A program made the translations under genes and the position numbers. Below, one piece after another: positions 27,044 to 40,865 of a stretch of DNA of 64,000 bases (positions are counted from its first letter, which is position 1; every line of letters begins with the position of its first letter). The stretch lies in contig MU058384.1 in NCBI GenBank assembly GCA_013265495.1, positions 3,447,010 through 3,511,009 on the forward strand, written 5' to 3'. Below the pieces are notes generated by a model. That model saw only the letters and a list, made by a program, of their open reading frames with translations. It made no database searches and had not been told where the DNA came from. Source of the stretch: Vicugna vicugna. Taxonomy: Eukaryota.

Positions 27044-28409
27044 TAGTCAACTGATCTCCTTGGAAATTGGACACAATTGAGTCAGCTTTGGTGCAGTGAA
27101 AAGAAGGCACGGCTTGTAATCCAAAACGGTAAGTGTGAATTGTGGCTCAGACACTTAATGAGCCAATATCATTAAAAGGTTATTTAACGTCTTTCTGCCT
27201 CAGTGTCCTCATCCTTAAAATGGGGATAACAATACTTACCTCTCAGTACAGTTGTGAATAACCTGTATTAAGTACCTAAAACACAATACACAGCCAATGA
27301 ATATCTTTTACGTTTCTTTCTTCTAACATTTTTCTTTTTAGTAATAATATTTTCAGTCTTAAAATATCTTATTTTCAGTGCACCTCTACATAGATTTTCT
27401 TAATCCATCTCACAGCAAAATATTATATAAATGTTAATTCTGCTTCACATATGAGAAAACTTAAAACTCATTATAGAATGCAAGCTATTTTACTTCTAGT
27501 CCTGTGGCTAATTCTTCTAGAATGAATATTGGGAGAGCTGAAGTCATACGAGGAAAAAGCTCAAAACAGCAGATTCTGAGGCCAAAATATAATAAGGTTT
27601 TAAGATTATCAAGTCGAATAGACAAAAGAATATCATGGCAATCTAGTTGACATCTATTTCATTTTTTACTATATAGTTGTGGCTGCAGGAGACTGGAAAT
27701 AAATATCTCATTAATAATTATAGAGCACATGATATAAGATTTAGGAGGCTTGTGGAGAGTTATGAAGTGATACATTTAAAAATCTATTCTTGTTTCTTAT
27801 TTGAAATTATTGTCTGCAGAAATCTATAGATATTGCACACAAGTAAATTTAAAAGACAGTTATTAAAAGTTCTTTCTTGCCATTGAAAGTGAAAGTTAAA
27901 TAGTAAGGATGCATCAGTTTTAGCAACTTAAAAAGCAATGAAGTAATTCATAATATAGTTAAATACTACTGTGGAAATATCTTTTTTTGGGTCTTGTCTA
28001 ATTTTCATTTTATTACTGCAATTAGCATTCACACTATCACTAGAAGTCTTCATTTAAAAATGAAGTTTGAAAACAATTTTATGAAAATCTCAATAAATAA
28101 ATAAAAAGATAAAACAAAGAGGTAAAAGTAAGGATTCAACAAATTTTGGAAGAGAACAGAAATAGAGGTTAGTATTTGAAAACAAGACACACCCAGCACC
28201 GTGTCTGACAGTCAATAAACCTTCTAGTCAAGTCCTCCTTTCCTGCAAGAGGAAGGTGTGTTTTAGGTTCAGAAGAATAAAAGGCAGAGATAATGGGTCA
28301 ACAAAGATCAAATCCGAGAGCAGAGAGAATAGCAATGTCAGGTCAAGGTAGCAGGTTCATGTTTTAGTAGAGATCAAAGAATTAATCAATAATTTCTTGA
28401 AACTCTTCT

Positions 28410-28710
28410 GTGGGAAAAGCCTGGCTGGGCAGCCGTAAGGATGCTACTCTGCACCACTCTCACCCCCACTTCAGGCTGAGGCGTTTCTTTTCCAGCTGTC
28501 AGTAGTATCTATTGTCACAGCTGAGCCCCTCCCAGGGAACTGCCCTTGGCTGAAGGGAGCTGCCTTACATAAAGCTACTCTCCCCTCTCCTGGAGCAGTC
28601 GGTACCCAGTGACTGATGGAGGCAGGATTCCAAGGCCCAGCAGCCTCTTCCCTCAACTGGGACAACTCCTCCCAGCTCCAAAGCCCCTCGTGGGACTGGG
28701 ACTCAACCAA
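28410..28710. mobile_element. LTR16-like ERVL LTR fragment
   Basis: tgtcacagctgagcccctcccagggaactgcccttggctgaagggagctgcctt..tgggacaactc resembles old ERVL LTRs. Family tentative. Confidence 0.55.
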
Positions 28711-29313
28711 AGACAGCTGGTTACAGAAATACTCCTAGGAAGCGGACTCTAACATGAAATTTCAGAGATAGGTTGCCCACTGGCCAGCAGTCAACAAGCA
28801 CCACACAAAGGGCAATAAGTGGAGAACTGGCATGTTGTAGAAGTCACTCGTCAGAATGTTCAGTGGTGGTGAACTGGCGTGGGATAACCTGAAAGGCAAC
28901 GCACAGGCTCAGGCATCTGAGAGATACCATGGACATCATCGTTATCAGGGCTATGGAATAGGGGAAACCTGATGAATCCAGGGGAGTGGGGACTGACTTC
29001 GCTGCAGAAGTGACTGGAGTTCAAGGTGATACTGGAGTTTGTGTGAGCTGGAGGGAGGGGTAGTTACCAAGCAGCTTTCCAGCCAAAGGAAACAGCATCT
29101 AAAGAAACTCTGCTGCAGAAAAGTGCCTGGTAATGAGAGGAAATGTGAAATGAATCTCTAGAGAGTGGAAATGAAACAAAGGGATGAATGGGACCACACG
29201 AGACTGGAAGAATAGGCAGGGGCCAAATCTCAGCCATGGTAAAGACTGCTGTTGTCATCTTAAGAGCAGAGATAAACCACTGACGGGTTTGAAGCAAGAA
29301 AGCTAAAAGATAA

Positions 29314-29831
29314 TGTTATCCAATCCAAGCTCGTACTGCTTGCCACATGACAGACCAGTAGATCAAGAGACGAGTTGTTGGGTCAAGGAATAGTGACTTT
29401 ATTCGAAAAGCCAGCACACCAAGAAGATGATCGACTGGTGTCCCAAAGAACTACCTTGCCCTGGTTTGGGTGCTAGTTTCTTTCCAAAGAGGAGGAGGTG
29501 AGGAGGTAAAGTAAAAAAGGTGCTAAATTGTTACAAATGTTTTTTGGTTGCAGCCAGACCCCCAGACTCCTGAGGGGATGTGCTAATTTCTTCGTTCCTG
29601 CAGCCATTTGCAGGTGGGCCTGGTCAGGATGTATCCTGTGAGCTAAACAAAGGTATTTTAGTTTAGCCCTGAGGCGTGGGAGGCAGCGTTCTCAGAGATG
29701 GGCCATCATATACTGTAAGCTATAGGCAACATCCCTTCAGTGTATAACTTGTAGCAAGAGCAACAGAATACAAAGGTAAGAGTAAAAGAAACGAATCCAA
29801 TATGGAGTCAGATTTGTTCTTCCCTGTTACA
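29314..29831 (-). mobile_element. Solo ERV LTR (518 bp)
   Basis: TGTTA...TGTTACA termini (TG..CA). Near-identical 4-bp flanks ATAA/GTAA. TTTATT at ~29398 is AATAAA on the minus strand. Confidence 0.8.
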
Positions 29832-32414
29832 GTAAGATTTGCTTAAGAAAAAAATCCCTTTGGCTATTTGTGAACAGACGTAAGAGATCAAAAATGGATA
29901 TGAAGAAAACAGCCTCTCAGAGACTGTTGGAGTGGCCCCTACTGGGATGTGGTGGCTCTCAATAGAAACCTGTTTATTCTGTGAGCCATCAGACCACCTT
30001 CTCAGTGATGGGAAGGCCAGATGCACTTCCACTCACTCACTGATATCCACAGAAACAATCTGGTGTGTTCCCTTTAGTCTAAGATTTCAATCTCTGTTTG
30101 AACACGAGACTGTGGGCTCTACTTTAATAGGGACCTTGTCTGTTGTGTCACTGCTGTGTCCCCAGCTCCTAAAGTTAGTGTTCAGTACTTAGAAGGTGTT
30201 CCTCAATAAATATTTGTTGAGTAATTGAATAAATGTTTTAAAGGAAATACTTCTAATGGGAGGGTAGCAAGTACCATTCATACCTTGATATGAATGATAA
30301 AGGTGAGCATAGACTCAGAGCGGTGGGGGGAGAAGCAATGGCTAAGGACCCCAGAGCAACTTGCCTACTTAATCTTATTTATACGAGTAAGTGTGAGAGG
30401 CAGGCTGGTAATGCCTGTAGGTTGAACATCTTAATGGAACTGGGTGAAGATATACTTCTGAGTCAAGCTGTGACTTTGTGCTATTAAGTTTTTTCAAACT
30501 GAGAGCAACTGTCATGTTTTGACGTAAACTGGTCACAAAGCCTTGGATTTCGTTTCCTGTTTTTTTTTTTTTAATAGAAGAATTTGGGTATACTCTTTTA
30601 ACATAATCCAAATCAGCTGTGAAACCCAAATGATTTCCAGTTCTATTTTCCAAGCCAGGGCCTGGAGAAGAGCCTTGACTCTTGACTGAAAGACAAAGGG
30701 CAGCTGTGTTCCTTCTGTTTTAGGGGCTGAGACTAAAGCTGAGAGTGGCACTTGAGATCACGCAGCTCTTCTAAACCTTTCTGTGCTGCTCAGAACCGAA
30801 AATCAATTTTATGTAGGAACGGTAAGTGATCCCATATTGAGGAGGTCTGTACAGGTGAGGCTATGCCCTCTGTCATGATTGTAAACTAGGATATTGCATA
30901 TTCATGAGCAGAGAGCTCGGGTAGGACACTCAGACTCGGGAGCGTGGGAGAACAGTGACATCCAGTGGCCAGCTGGCTGTATTTCTGATGTGCAGGGCAC
31001 ACAGATTGCAAAACATGGGGCTCATGCTTTACTCCAGGTGCTGACTTCTGCTTTTGTCCTGCCAAGTCTGCAAACTCTGTGAGACTCCAAAAGGATTCTG
31101 ATTTCAGGCCAACAAAGTTCTACCAATGATATTTATCCTTCTGCATCTTCTCCTGGTTTGTTTGTTTGGTTGGTTTTGGTTTGGGGGGGGCGGGTTTGCT
31201 TTCAGGATAAGCATTCATCTCTCTCTAGAGTTGCAATGTCTTAAACTGCATCATAAAATTGAATAATTGTTAATGTCCAACCCTAGAGAAGATGTAAAAT
31301 TCCAAAATTACATTTTTTCCTAGTTTTGAAAATAAACTTTGTCATTCATTCAACAAATATTTATTGTGTATCTACTAGGTGCCAAGCAGTGAGTAAAAGA
31401 GGAATTCTTTTTACCCTCTTGGGGAAGACAGACAATAATTTATACAAGCATGTACACACACATATAGACATCCCATAATGTCCGATCACAATAAGTGCTA
31501 AAAAGAAAAATGAAACAAGATAAGAGCATAGATTTTGACAAGAGAATTGCTACTATTTTGGATGGTGATCATACAAGGTCTCTCTGAGGACACTTGAGCA
31601 GAAACCTGAACTGAAGGGTCAGCTCATGTATATTTCGGGGAAGAGCATTCCAAACACAGAGAAAAGCAGATGATAAAAAGAACTATTGTGCAAAATCAAG
31701 ATGCTAGAGAAAATTAAAATAACATTGTCAGTATTGAAGTTAAAATAATTACTTATGAAAGCAATTTTAATTCTATTTTTAGAGATGAAAAGAAGTTATG
31801 AGCTTAAGCTCAACTTTCGTATTTTATACATAAGCGTGAAAAAGTTAATTATAGTCAATCTCTGAATTAGGAATTCAGACCAAAGTAAAAAAGTGTCATA
31901 TAATAACAAAATGCCACTGTTTATAGTCAATTTATTTCAATATAAAGGTAAAGAGTTAGGAGTGTGGATAGTTTCATTTGGTCCCCTACCCCAGGTATGG
32001 GCGTGGTGAATGCTATTCATGAATGGGGTACCAAGGAACAGCACAGACACACAAATTGCCCTTAACCTCCCTACTCAGGTGCCTGCTCCACGATCTTGTA
32101 AGATCTCACTTATTTAAAAAAATTTTTTTTCAAAGAGAAAGTCGTTAAGAATTTCAAAATGTTAACAGAAAGTCATCAAGTCATGCAGATAGCTGTCGGA
32201 GCCAGCCGACAATCGATCAGGTCCAGAAATCTGTGCTGCAGGACTGAGAAAAGAAAGACAAGACTAAAAGGAAGACAAGACTAAAAGCTGGGGGAGAGGG
32301 TCTCACTCTAGCCCGCAAGACGCTAGGTCAAGAGTGGACCAATAGCCATTGTAAGTTATGGGCTCTGGACGTCTGCACAGGTCACCTGCCCATGGACCTG
32401 TCCATGGAGTTTTC

Positions 32415-32920
32415 CATAGTTAGTTTCACCAATTTAACACTCCCACCAGCAATATATGAGAGTTCTAGTTGCTCCAGCTCCTCATCAATGCTTGGCGTTG
32501 TTAACCATCATAGTAGGAGTGTACTAGTGTCTCTCTGTAACTTTAATTTGCATGTCCCTGATGACCTATGATGTTGAAAAGCCTATTATTTATCTTGATA
32601 TCTTTTTTTGTGAAATACTTTTTAAGACGTTTGCCCATTTTTATAGTGGGTTGTCTGTCTTTTTCTCATCAAGCTGTAGGAGTTATTCATATTTCCTGCA
32701 TTCTTTTGATGTACACATGTATTGCAAATATCTCTTGCTCTACTTACTCTTTCATTCCCGTAACAGTTTTTGTTTGTCTGTTTTTTACAGATAGCAGTTG
32801 TTGCTTTCAGTGAATTCTAATTTATCAATTGTAGCTTTATAGTAAGTCTTGATATCTTTGCATAAGTTGTTCAGGTTTGTTCTTCTTCCAGATTATCTTG
32901 GCTATATTAAGCCCTTTGAA
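32415..32920 (-). mobile_element. Old L1 fragment
   Basis: caccaatttaacactcccaccagcaatatatgagagttctagttgctcc..tttaatttgcatgtccctgatgac..ttgcccatttt is antisense L1 ORF2-end text. Confidence 0.75.
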
Positions 32921-33759
32921 ATTAAAACTCTAAAATGATCTATGTGCTAACCTAGCATTTTCAAAATTCTTCAGATTTAAATTCCTTAAATTACCCAGCA
33001 GAGGGTACTATGCTACAGGCAAGTAAAGCCAGACTACCTCTAGATTTGGCTCAAAGAGGATTATTAACTCTGTGCTTTGTCTTTCCATATCAGAAAAGAG
33101 GAATCTTTGGTTTCTTTTCACAACTTCTGGCTAATTATCATGCCTGGCAAGTGCATCAACCAGCTGAATTATTATACCAACAGTTGTTGCACTGAGAACT
33201 TTTGGTGATCGTGAATGCCAAGGTCATTCAACATATGTAAAGATCTTCATCTTCTTTATTACCACCACTCTTTATCTACCAACTGAAGTAACTTCTGTGG
33301 CTATTTATAAACACTTCCAGAAGCCATTGTTTCAGTTAGGAATACTGTTTCCCTTTTCCAGAATAGCTTCCAATCTCAAAATAGAAAGGAAATGACCAAA
33401 ACAACATTACAAGTCCCTTAGTTAAAAATGTTCTTTGAAATTAAGTAAAAGTTGCTTAATATCCAAAATATAAATATATTATATGTGTGTGTGTGTGTAT
33501 CTCCAGAATGTATGAATACATAATATAATATTCTGCATGGTACATATTATATATGATGCATATATAGTCTTCCAGTTTGCAGCCTGTCTCTTAACTCTAT
33601 TTTAGTGTCTGCTAATGAGCAGAAATACTTAATTTTAATTAGTAGTCAAACCTACCAATCTTTTTACTATGGTTAATGCTTTTTATATTTAAGAAATGCT
33701 TTCCCACCCAAGGGTCAGACCCCAAAACTTTCCAGTTTTGCCCTTGCATTTAGCTCTTG

Positions 33760-33922
33760 GATTGGTTTGCTAGGGCTGCCATAACAAAGGTGGCTTAAAT
33801 GTTCTAGAGGCCAGAAGCCTGAAATCAGTGTGTCGGCAAGGTTCATTCCTTCCAGTGCCTATGCAGGGGAGTCTGGTCCATGCCTCTCCCATAGCTTCTG
33901 GTGGCTTACCAGCAATCTTTGG
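33760..33922 (-). mobile_element. MLT1-type LTR fragment
   Basis: gctagggctgccataacaaag..ggcttaaa..ttctagaggccagaagcctgaaatcag..ccatgcctctcccatagcttctggtgg. Confidence 0.75.
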
Positions 33923-35871
33923 TGTTCAGGTGAAAGGAACAGACACATGTCTCTCACTTTAAATCCAAAGCTAGAAATGATTAAGCTTAGTGAGGAAGTC
34001 ATGTCAAAAGCCAAGATAGGCTAAAGCTATCCCTTGTAGCAAACAAGTTGTCAAGTTGTGCATGCAAACTTGATTTTGATTTCCTTTTGTAGGAAATCAA
34101 AAGTATTGCTCTAGTAAACACATAAATGTTAAGAAAATGAAATTGTGTTTTAGTTGATATGAAGAAAGTTCTAGTGGTCTGGATAGAAAGTCAAACCAGC
34201 CACAACATTCCTTTAAGCCATGGTCTAATCCAGAGCAAGATTGGAACTCTCCTCATTCTGTGAAGGTTGAGAGATGTGAGGAAGCTGCCAAAGAAAAGTC
34301 TGAGGCTAGCAGAGGTTGGTTCATGAGGTTTAAGGAAAGAGGCTGTCTCCATCATATAAAAGCGCAAGGTGAAGGAGCAAGTAGGATGTAGAAGCTGCAG
34401 CAAACTATCCAGAAGATCTAGCTCACATCGTTAATAAAGGTGGCTCCACTAAACAACAGATTTTCAGTGTAGAAGAAACAGCCTTATGTTGGAAGAAGTT
34501 GCCAACTAGGACTTTAATAGCTGGAGTGGAGAAATTAATGCCTGGCTTGAAAGCTTCAAAGGACAGGATGATTCTCTTATTAGAGGCTAATGCAGCAGGT
34601 GACTTTAAATTGAAGCCAGTGTTCATTTACCATTCTAAAAATCCTAGGGCCCTTAAGACTTACACTAAATCTACTCTGCCTGTACTCTATAAATGGAACA
34701 ACAAAGCCTGGATGATAGCACATCTGTTTACAGCCTTGTTTACTGAGTAATTTAAGCCCACTGTTGAGACCTACTGCTCTGAATAAAGATTCCTTTCAAA
34801 ATATTACTGTTCATGGACAACGCACCTGGTCACCCAAGAGCTCTGATGGAGATGTACTATGAGGTGAGTGTTGTTTTCATGCTGTTAACACAGCACTCAT
34901 TCTGCAGCCCATGGATCAAGGAGTAATTTTGACTTCCAAGGCTTATGATTTAAAAAAAAATACATTTTGTAAGGCTACAGCTGCCATAGATAGTGATTCT
35001 TCTGGTGGATCTGGGCAAAGTCAATTGAAAACATCCTGGAAAGGATGTAGCGTTCCAGATGCCACTGAGAGCATTTGTGATTCATAGGGTGAGGTTAAAA
35101 TATCAACATTAATAGGAGTTTGAAAGAAGTTGATTCCAGCCCTCATGGATGACTTTAGTGGGGGACGAAACTGCAGATGTGGTGGAAACAGCAAGAGAAC
35201 TAGGAATTAGAAGTGGCGCCTGAAGATGTGATTGAATTGCTGCAATTTTATTGTCAGACTTTAACAGATGAGGAGTTGCTTTTTACGGATAAGCGAAGAA
35301 AGTGGTTCTTGAGATGAAATCTACTCCGGGTTGAAGATGCTGTGAAGATTGTTAAAATGACAGCAAAGTGTTTAGAATATCACATAAACTCAGTTGATAA
35401 AGCAGCAACAGAGTTTGAGAAGACTGGCTCTATTTTTGAAAGAAAGTTCTACTCTGGGTAAAATGCTCTCAGAGAGCATTGCGTGCTACAGAGAAACCGT
35501 TCATTAAAGGAAGATTCAATCAACACAGAAAACTTCACTGTTGTCTTATTTTAAGCAACTGTCACAGCCACCCCAACCTTCAGCAACCACCACCCTGATC
35601 AGTCAACAGCCATCAACACTGACGCAGGACCCTCCACCAGCAAAAATGACTCGCCGAAGTCTCAGATGATGTCTGGAATTTTTTAGCAATGAAGTATTTT
35701 TTATTTTTGCTAGACATAATGCTTTGCACAATTAATAGACTACAGTATAGTGTAAACATAACTTTTATAGATACTGGGAAACCAAAAAGATTCATGGACT
35801 TGCTTTATTGCAATATTCACTTTATTGAGGTGGTCTGGAACCAAACCTGCAATATCGTCAAGATATGCCTG
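33923..35871 (+). mobile_element. Tigger1 DNA transposon, 5'-truncated, transposase pseudogene
   Basis: Fragmented pogo/Tigger transposase peptides ([65 protein letters not shown]). Right terminus ..gatatgcctg|TA. Confidence 0.93.
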
Positions 35872-36384
35872 TATACTGTTTCATTCATCTTTTAGTCTAG
35901 TCTACCACTTTGTCTTGCTCTAACTTTACAATAAGTCTTGATATGTGGAACAGAAAGTCCTCCCATCTGAATTTTTTTTAAACATCTTTGATTATTTCTG
36001 GACCTTTGTAATTGCACACAAATTTTATAATCACCTTCCTTGTCAAGTTTCCCAAGGGTCTTTTAAAATTTTCATTAGAATTGAATCTATGATCATTGAC
36101 TACATGAGCTAATTTTGACAGATATTGAGTCCTCAGTCCATAACCACAATACATATCTCCCCACCTAAAAAACAAAAATTCTTCAGTGTCATTCAGTGGA
36201 ATTTCATACATTTCCTCATAAAGATTTCTCATGTCCTAAGTTTCTTTTATGCTATTATAAATAATAATTTTATTTCATCTGCTACTTGTTTAATATCAGT
36301 ATGCACATGTGCAATTGCTTTTTGGATATAGAATTAATGTCTAGAAACCTTGTTAACTTCTTATATTAATATTTTTGAATCCTA

Positions 36385-37240
36385 TCTGGGATCCCTGACC
36401 AATACCCCTTAAGCAAGGTCATGAAAACATAGAAAGATTGAGAAACTATCACAGACTGGAGAAGACTGAAACATGGTGACGACATGCAATGTGGCACCAT
36501 GGATTGGATCCTGGAACAGAAATGGAAAAACTAGAGAAACCCAAATAAAGTCTGCAGTTTACTTAATAGTGATACACCGATGTGCCTTTCTTAGTTTTGA
36601 AAATTGACCACAGTAATGGAACTAGGCGAGGAGTTTGCTGAAATTCTCTGTACTGCTTTTGCAAATTTTCTGTACAAAAGTACATAAATAAGATCTAAAA
36701 AGTTTATATTTTTAAAATGTGATAGTGATGCAAAAATAGAGAAATAGACCAATGAGAAGAATAGAGATTTGGAAATAGACCCAACATACATAATCAATAG
36801 ATTTTCAACAAAATGGCTAAAGCAATGTAATGTGGACTAAAAACCTCTTTAGCAAACGGGACAGAACATCTCATGGGAAAAAGAATTAATCTCTATTTTT
36901 TCCTCATACCACACACAAAAATCAACTTACCATGTATTGTAGATTTAATCGCCGAAGTTAAAACTATAAAATTGGAGGGAGGAAACATTTTCAACTTTGG
37001 AAGACACAAAGAATTTTTAGATGGGACACCAAAATAAAACCATAAAGGGAGAAAATGGAAAAATTAGACTTTATCAAAGCTTAAGAATGTTGCTGCTACA
37101 GACATCATTGTGAAAAATTAAAAGGCAAGCCATGAACTGGGAGAAAATATTTGCAACAAATATATTTGACAAAGAAAGGACTTATATCCAGAATACATAA
37201 AGGACTCTTACAACTCCATAATAAGAAACAACACAAATGT
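36385..37240 (+). mobile_element. Old L1 fragments
   Basis: 3'-end text (catgcaatgtggcaccatggattggatcctggaacag) and ORF2 text (aaatagaccaatg..gattttcaacaaa..cataccacacacaaaaatcaact..ggagaaaatatttgcaa). Confidence 0.75.
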
Positions 37241-37853
37241 CCACCAGCAGGAGAATGGTTAAGTCAAATGAGGTATGCACACAATGGAATGTCAGGGAAA
37301 CAATGTTCCGTGAATATTTTCACATCTCTGGACAGTTTGTCTTTCTAAGCGAAGGAAACTGGCACATCATAGAATATCTCCTCTTCCCCACACTCATTTG
37401 CTCCTCGCAATTGCAAGGGTGTTAGACTTGGAACCACATGTTCCCATTCAAAGGATAATAAAATCTTATCTCCCCCAGAGTCAGGGTGCTGACTGGGGAC
37501 TTTCCCCTGCACCTTCCTGAGAGAATTCATCTACTTCCCCTAGTATTTGTTTACATTAGGGAGCTAGGGTTTCTCTCCCTTTTCCAGAAAGACACAGTAG
37601 CAGCTAAGCAGTGTGTAGCCTATGTAAACTTCCAGACTCATAATTTGGGGCTTCCTCTCCTGTGGTGCAGGCACGGGATATCTACCTGGCTCTTATCACA
37701 CCATCCCAAAAAAGAGAGAAGAATGGAGCATGGAAAGCAGATGCAGGTATTACTGTGTGTGGTAATAATAACTCTGATTTCTGCCCTAGAAAGCACATGT
37801 TTGCTTTTGGCATAAAAATGAACAAATGCAGATATTAAAAACTTATTATGGAA

Positions 37854-37972
37854 GGAAAAACGTATAGCTCAAGTGGTAGAGCGCATGTTTAGCATGCATG
37901 AGGTCTTGGGTTCAATCCCCAGTACCTCCTCTAAAAACAAAGAAATAAACCTAATTACCTTCCTCCCCCCAA
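37854..37972 (+). mobile_element. tRNA-derived SINE (Vic-1-like) with TSD
   Basis: gtatagctcaagtggtagagcgcatgtttagcatgcatgaggtcttgggttcaatccccagtacctcc. Flanks aaaaacttattatggaa (37837-37853) and aaaagcttatcatggaa (37973-37989). Confidence 0.9.
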
Positions 37973-37999
37973 AAAAGCTTATCATGGAAAATGCTTAGC

Positions 38000-39930
38000 A
38001 ATTAAAAAAAAAGGTTATAACATGAAGGAACCTCAAAGACATTCTGTGGAACCAAAGAAGCCAGATGCAAAAGAATACAAGCTATGTGGTCCTATTAATA
38101 GGAAGGGCAAGGAGAGTGAAAATTAATCAAATGGTAATGGAAGTCAAAATAGTGATTTCCTGTGTTAGAGGCACATGAGAGGAACATGCGGGAATTTTCC
38201 GGAGTGCTGGAAATATTCTATATTTTGATCTGTAGTTGGTAACATGGTTGTGCATACAGGAAAAATTTAAGATTAGTGGGCTTTATGCACCTTATTTTAT
38301 GTATGTTATGACTTAATTAAAAACTTTTTTAAAGCCTCAGCCAGTTGTTTGGTGGGAATTGGCAGGTGATTCTAAAATTTACATGGAAATGCAAAGGGAA
38401 AAAAATTGCCGAGGTACTCAAATTAGAACAAAGTAGATGGGCCTGCTTCACCAGCAAAATGATAAAGTAGTTAAAGTAGTGTGGTATTGGCATAGGAATA
38501 GACATATAGACCAATGGAACAAAGTATGGTCTATATATAAATCCATTCATGAGTGACAGTTTATGAAGAGCTGTTAAGGAAAGGATGATATTTCAGTAAA
38601 TAGTTATGGGTTCACTGAACTCATATAAAAAATAAAACTTGAACCCTTATTTTACATCATATGTAAAAATCAATCTCAGGTGGATCATAGTTTGAAATGT
38701 GAAAATCAAAACAATAAAGCTTTCAGGAGATAACATAGAAGAATATCTTCATGACCTTAGAGTGGGATCACATTTTTTAAACAGAACAACAACAACAAAA
38801 AAACAATGACCTTAAAAGAAACAAGTGGTAAGTTCTATTATTTTACATGTAACAGCTTCTTTTATTACTTTCTTAAGAGAGTGGAAAGGCAAGCCACAAC
38901 AAGAGGAAAATACTTGCAACATGTATAACTGGGAAGGGTCTCATATTCAGAAGATGTAACAAATTCTTTCAAACCAATTATAAATAAAATTAAAGGACAA
39001 TCTAGTGGGGAGGGAGGTAGTTCACTGGTAAAGTGCCAGATCCTGGGTTCAATACCCAGTACCTCCATTAAAAAGAAATAATAAATTTTTTTAAACCATT
39101 AGGGTTAAAAAAAAAAAAAGACAATCTAATAGGAAAAATAGGCAAGAAACCTGGGCAGATACATGACATAAGAGCTAATTGTCCATTATTCAAATGACTA
39201 ATAAATTACCCATTATCCAAATGGCTCATAAACTTATTAAAAAAAGTTCTCAATGCCATTAATCATCGGAAAAATGCAAATGAAAACCACAGAAAGATAC
39301 CTCTACACTTCTTCTAAAACAGCTAAAGTTATAAAGCCTGAAAATGCCAAGTATTAGCAAGAATGTGGAAAAAGAACCCTCATTACAGCTGATGAGACTG
39401 CAAATTGTTACAACTACTTCAGAAATCAGGTTTGCGTTATGTACCTTACTTAAGTTACTCAAGTTGAAAGTATGTCTGTCTTATGAGCCAGCAAATACAC
39501 TTCTGGGTGTGTATCTGGCAAAATATGTACACCTAAGCAAGAGACACAGACAAGAATATTCAGAGCAGCACTATTGCCAATAGCCCCAAACTAGAAACAA
39601 TCTAAATGTTCAAAAATAGAATGAATAAATAAATTGTGGCATAGTCATCCAATAGATAACTTTACAGCCTTGCACTCCAGCTACAAATACATGGATAACT
39701 CTCATAGCGTGATGTTGAGTGAGAGAAGCCAGATATAACAGAACACACCCTGACTGATTTAGGGGCAAAGAGAAAAGGGTAGGAGACAGGCCTCTATAAG
39801 GATAGAACTGTTCTATTTCTTACTTGGGTGATGCTTACCAACGCTTTCACTTTGTGATAAGTCACTGAGCTGTAACATCTATCTTTGTGCATTTTTCTGC
39901 TGTGTATTTTACTTAACAATTACAAAGCTT
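38000..39930 (+). mobile_element. Old L1 (L1M-type) fragments, ORF2 end and 3'UTR
   Basis: gattctaaaatttacatggaaatgcaaagg..gtgtggtattggcatagg..atagaccaatggaaca..ggaaaaatgcaaatgaaaaccac..aatagccccaaactagaaacaatctaaatgt. Confidence 0.8.
39006..39119 (+). mobile_element. Internally deleted tRNA-derived SINE nested in L1
   Basis: ggggagggaggtagttcactggta..tcctgggttcaatacccagtacctcc with an A tail. Flanking repeat gacaatcta(g/a)t on both sides. Confidence 0.8.
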
Positions 39931-40115
39931 TTAAAGACACATGAACCACTTATCAAAAAAAAAAACTGAAAAGAGTTGGAGGAAGATTTGATGAAATAGG
40001 ATTCCATAAGGATTTTAAATATTACTATTTGGATTTAAGCAGATGGCATAACATAAACATTGCTAGTGGCCCCAAATACCCACAGAGAAAGGCAGAGTAG
40101 GCTGAAAGTTTTGAA

Positions 40116-40230
40116 GGGAGGGAAAAGGTAGACTGAGTTGTCTCAGTGGTAGGGTGCATGCTTAGCACGTGTGAGGTCCTGGGTTCAATTCCCAGTACAT
40201 CCATTAACAAAAATAAAATTAAAAAAATAA
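40116..40230 (+). mobile_element. tRNA-derived SINE (Vic-1-like)
   Basis: ctcagtggtagggtgcatgcttagcacgtgtgaggtcctgggttcaattcccagtacatcc with an A-rich tail. Confidence 0.85.
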
Positions 40231-40649
40231 TGAGACGTGTGAACCAATTTTGAAAAGTAAGCAGCAATTAAAAAAAAAAAAAGGGATGTCAGAATCTTCA
40301 CAGAACTGAATGTTTGTTCTCTCCCCAGAACTCTTATTTTCTCGGGCTTGCCCCCATCCCCGACCTTTTTCAGAGCACTTTATCCTGCCAGCTCTCTCCT
40401 CTAACTGCCACCTGTCCCCTAATCTTCAGGTTTACCTCTGGAATAGTCGCTTTAGTACATTCTGAGCCTGCCCTGACAGCGCTGAGTGTCCAGGAATGGG
40501 CCTCTGTTCCCATTCACAATGAACTTTACAATATGGAAATCACACCAAAACCACATTTTCATAAATTAATAAACATACATCTTAATATGCGTGTTGTTTT
40601 ATAGCTCACCTCTCAACTGTATTTACTTCATTTTCTTATGTATAAGAGG

Positions 40650-40865
40650 CATAGAAGGAAGTCATTAAAAATACAGACTTCGGAATTACATTCACCAGGG
40701 TTCAGATCCCAGTCCTGTCACTTTTTAAGTGAACCACCTGTCTAACCCTGTTTCTTCCTTTTGTAACTTGGGGTTACAAAATTCTGGGAGTCTGACTGAC
40801 TCCCAGAATTATTGTAGAGACTGAAGAAGGTGGTAAATGTAAAATTCTTAGTGTAGTGCCTGGCT
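40650..40865 (+). mobile_element. MIR SINE containing two small hairpins
   Basis: gggttcagatcccagtcctgtcactt..ctgtttc..tgtaa..gggg..tgtaaaattcttagtgtagtgcctggc follows the MIR core pattern. Confidence 0.65.
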
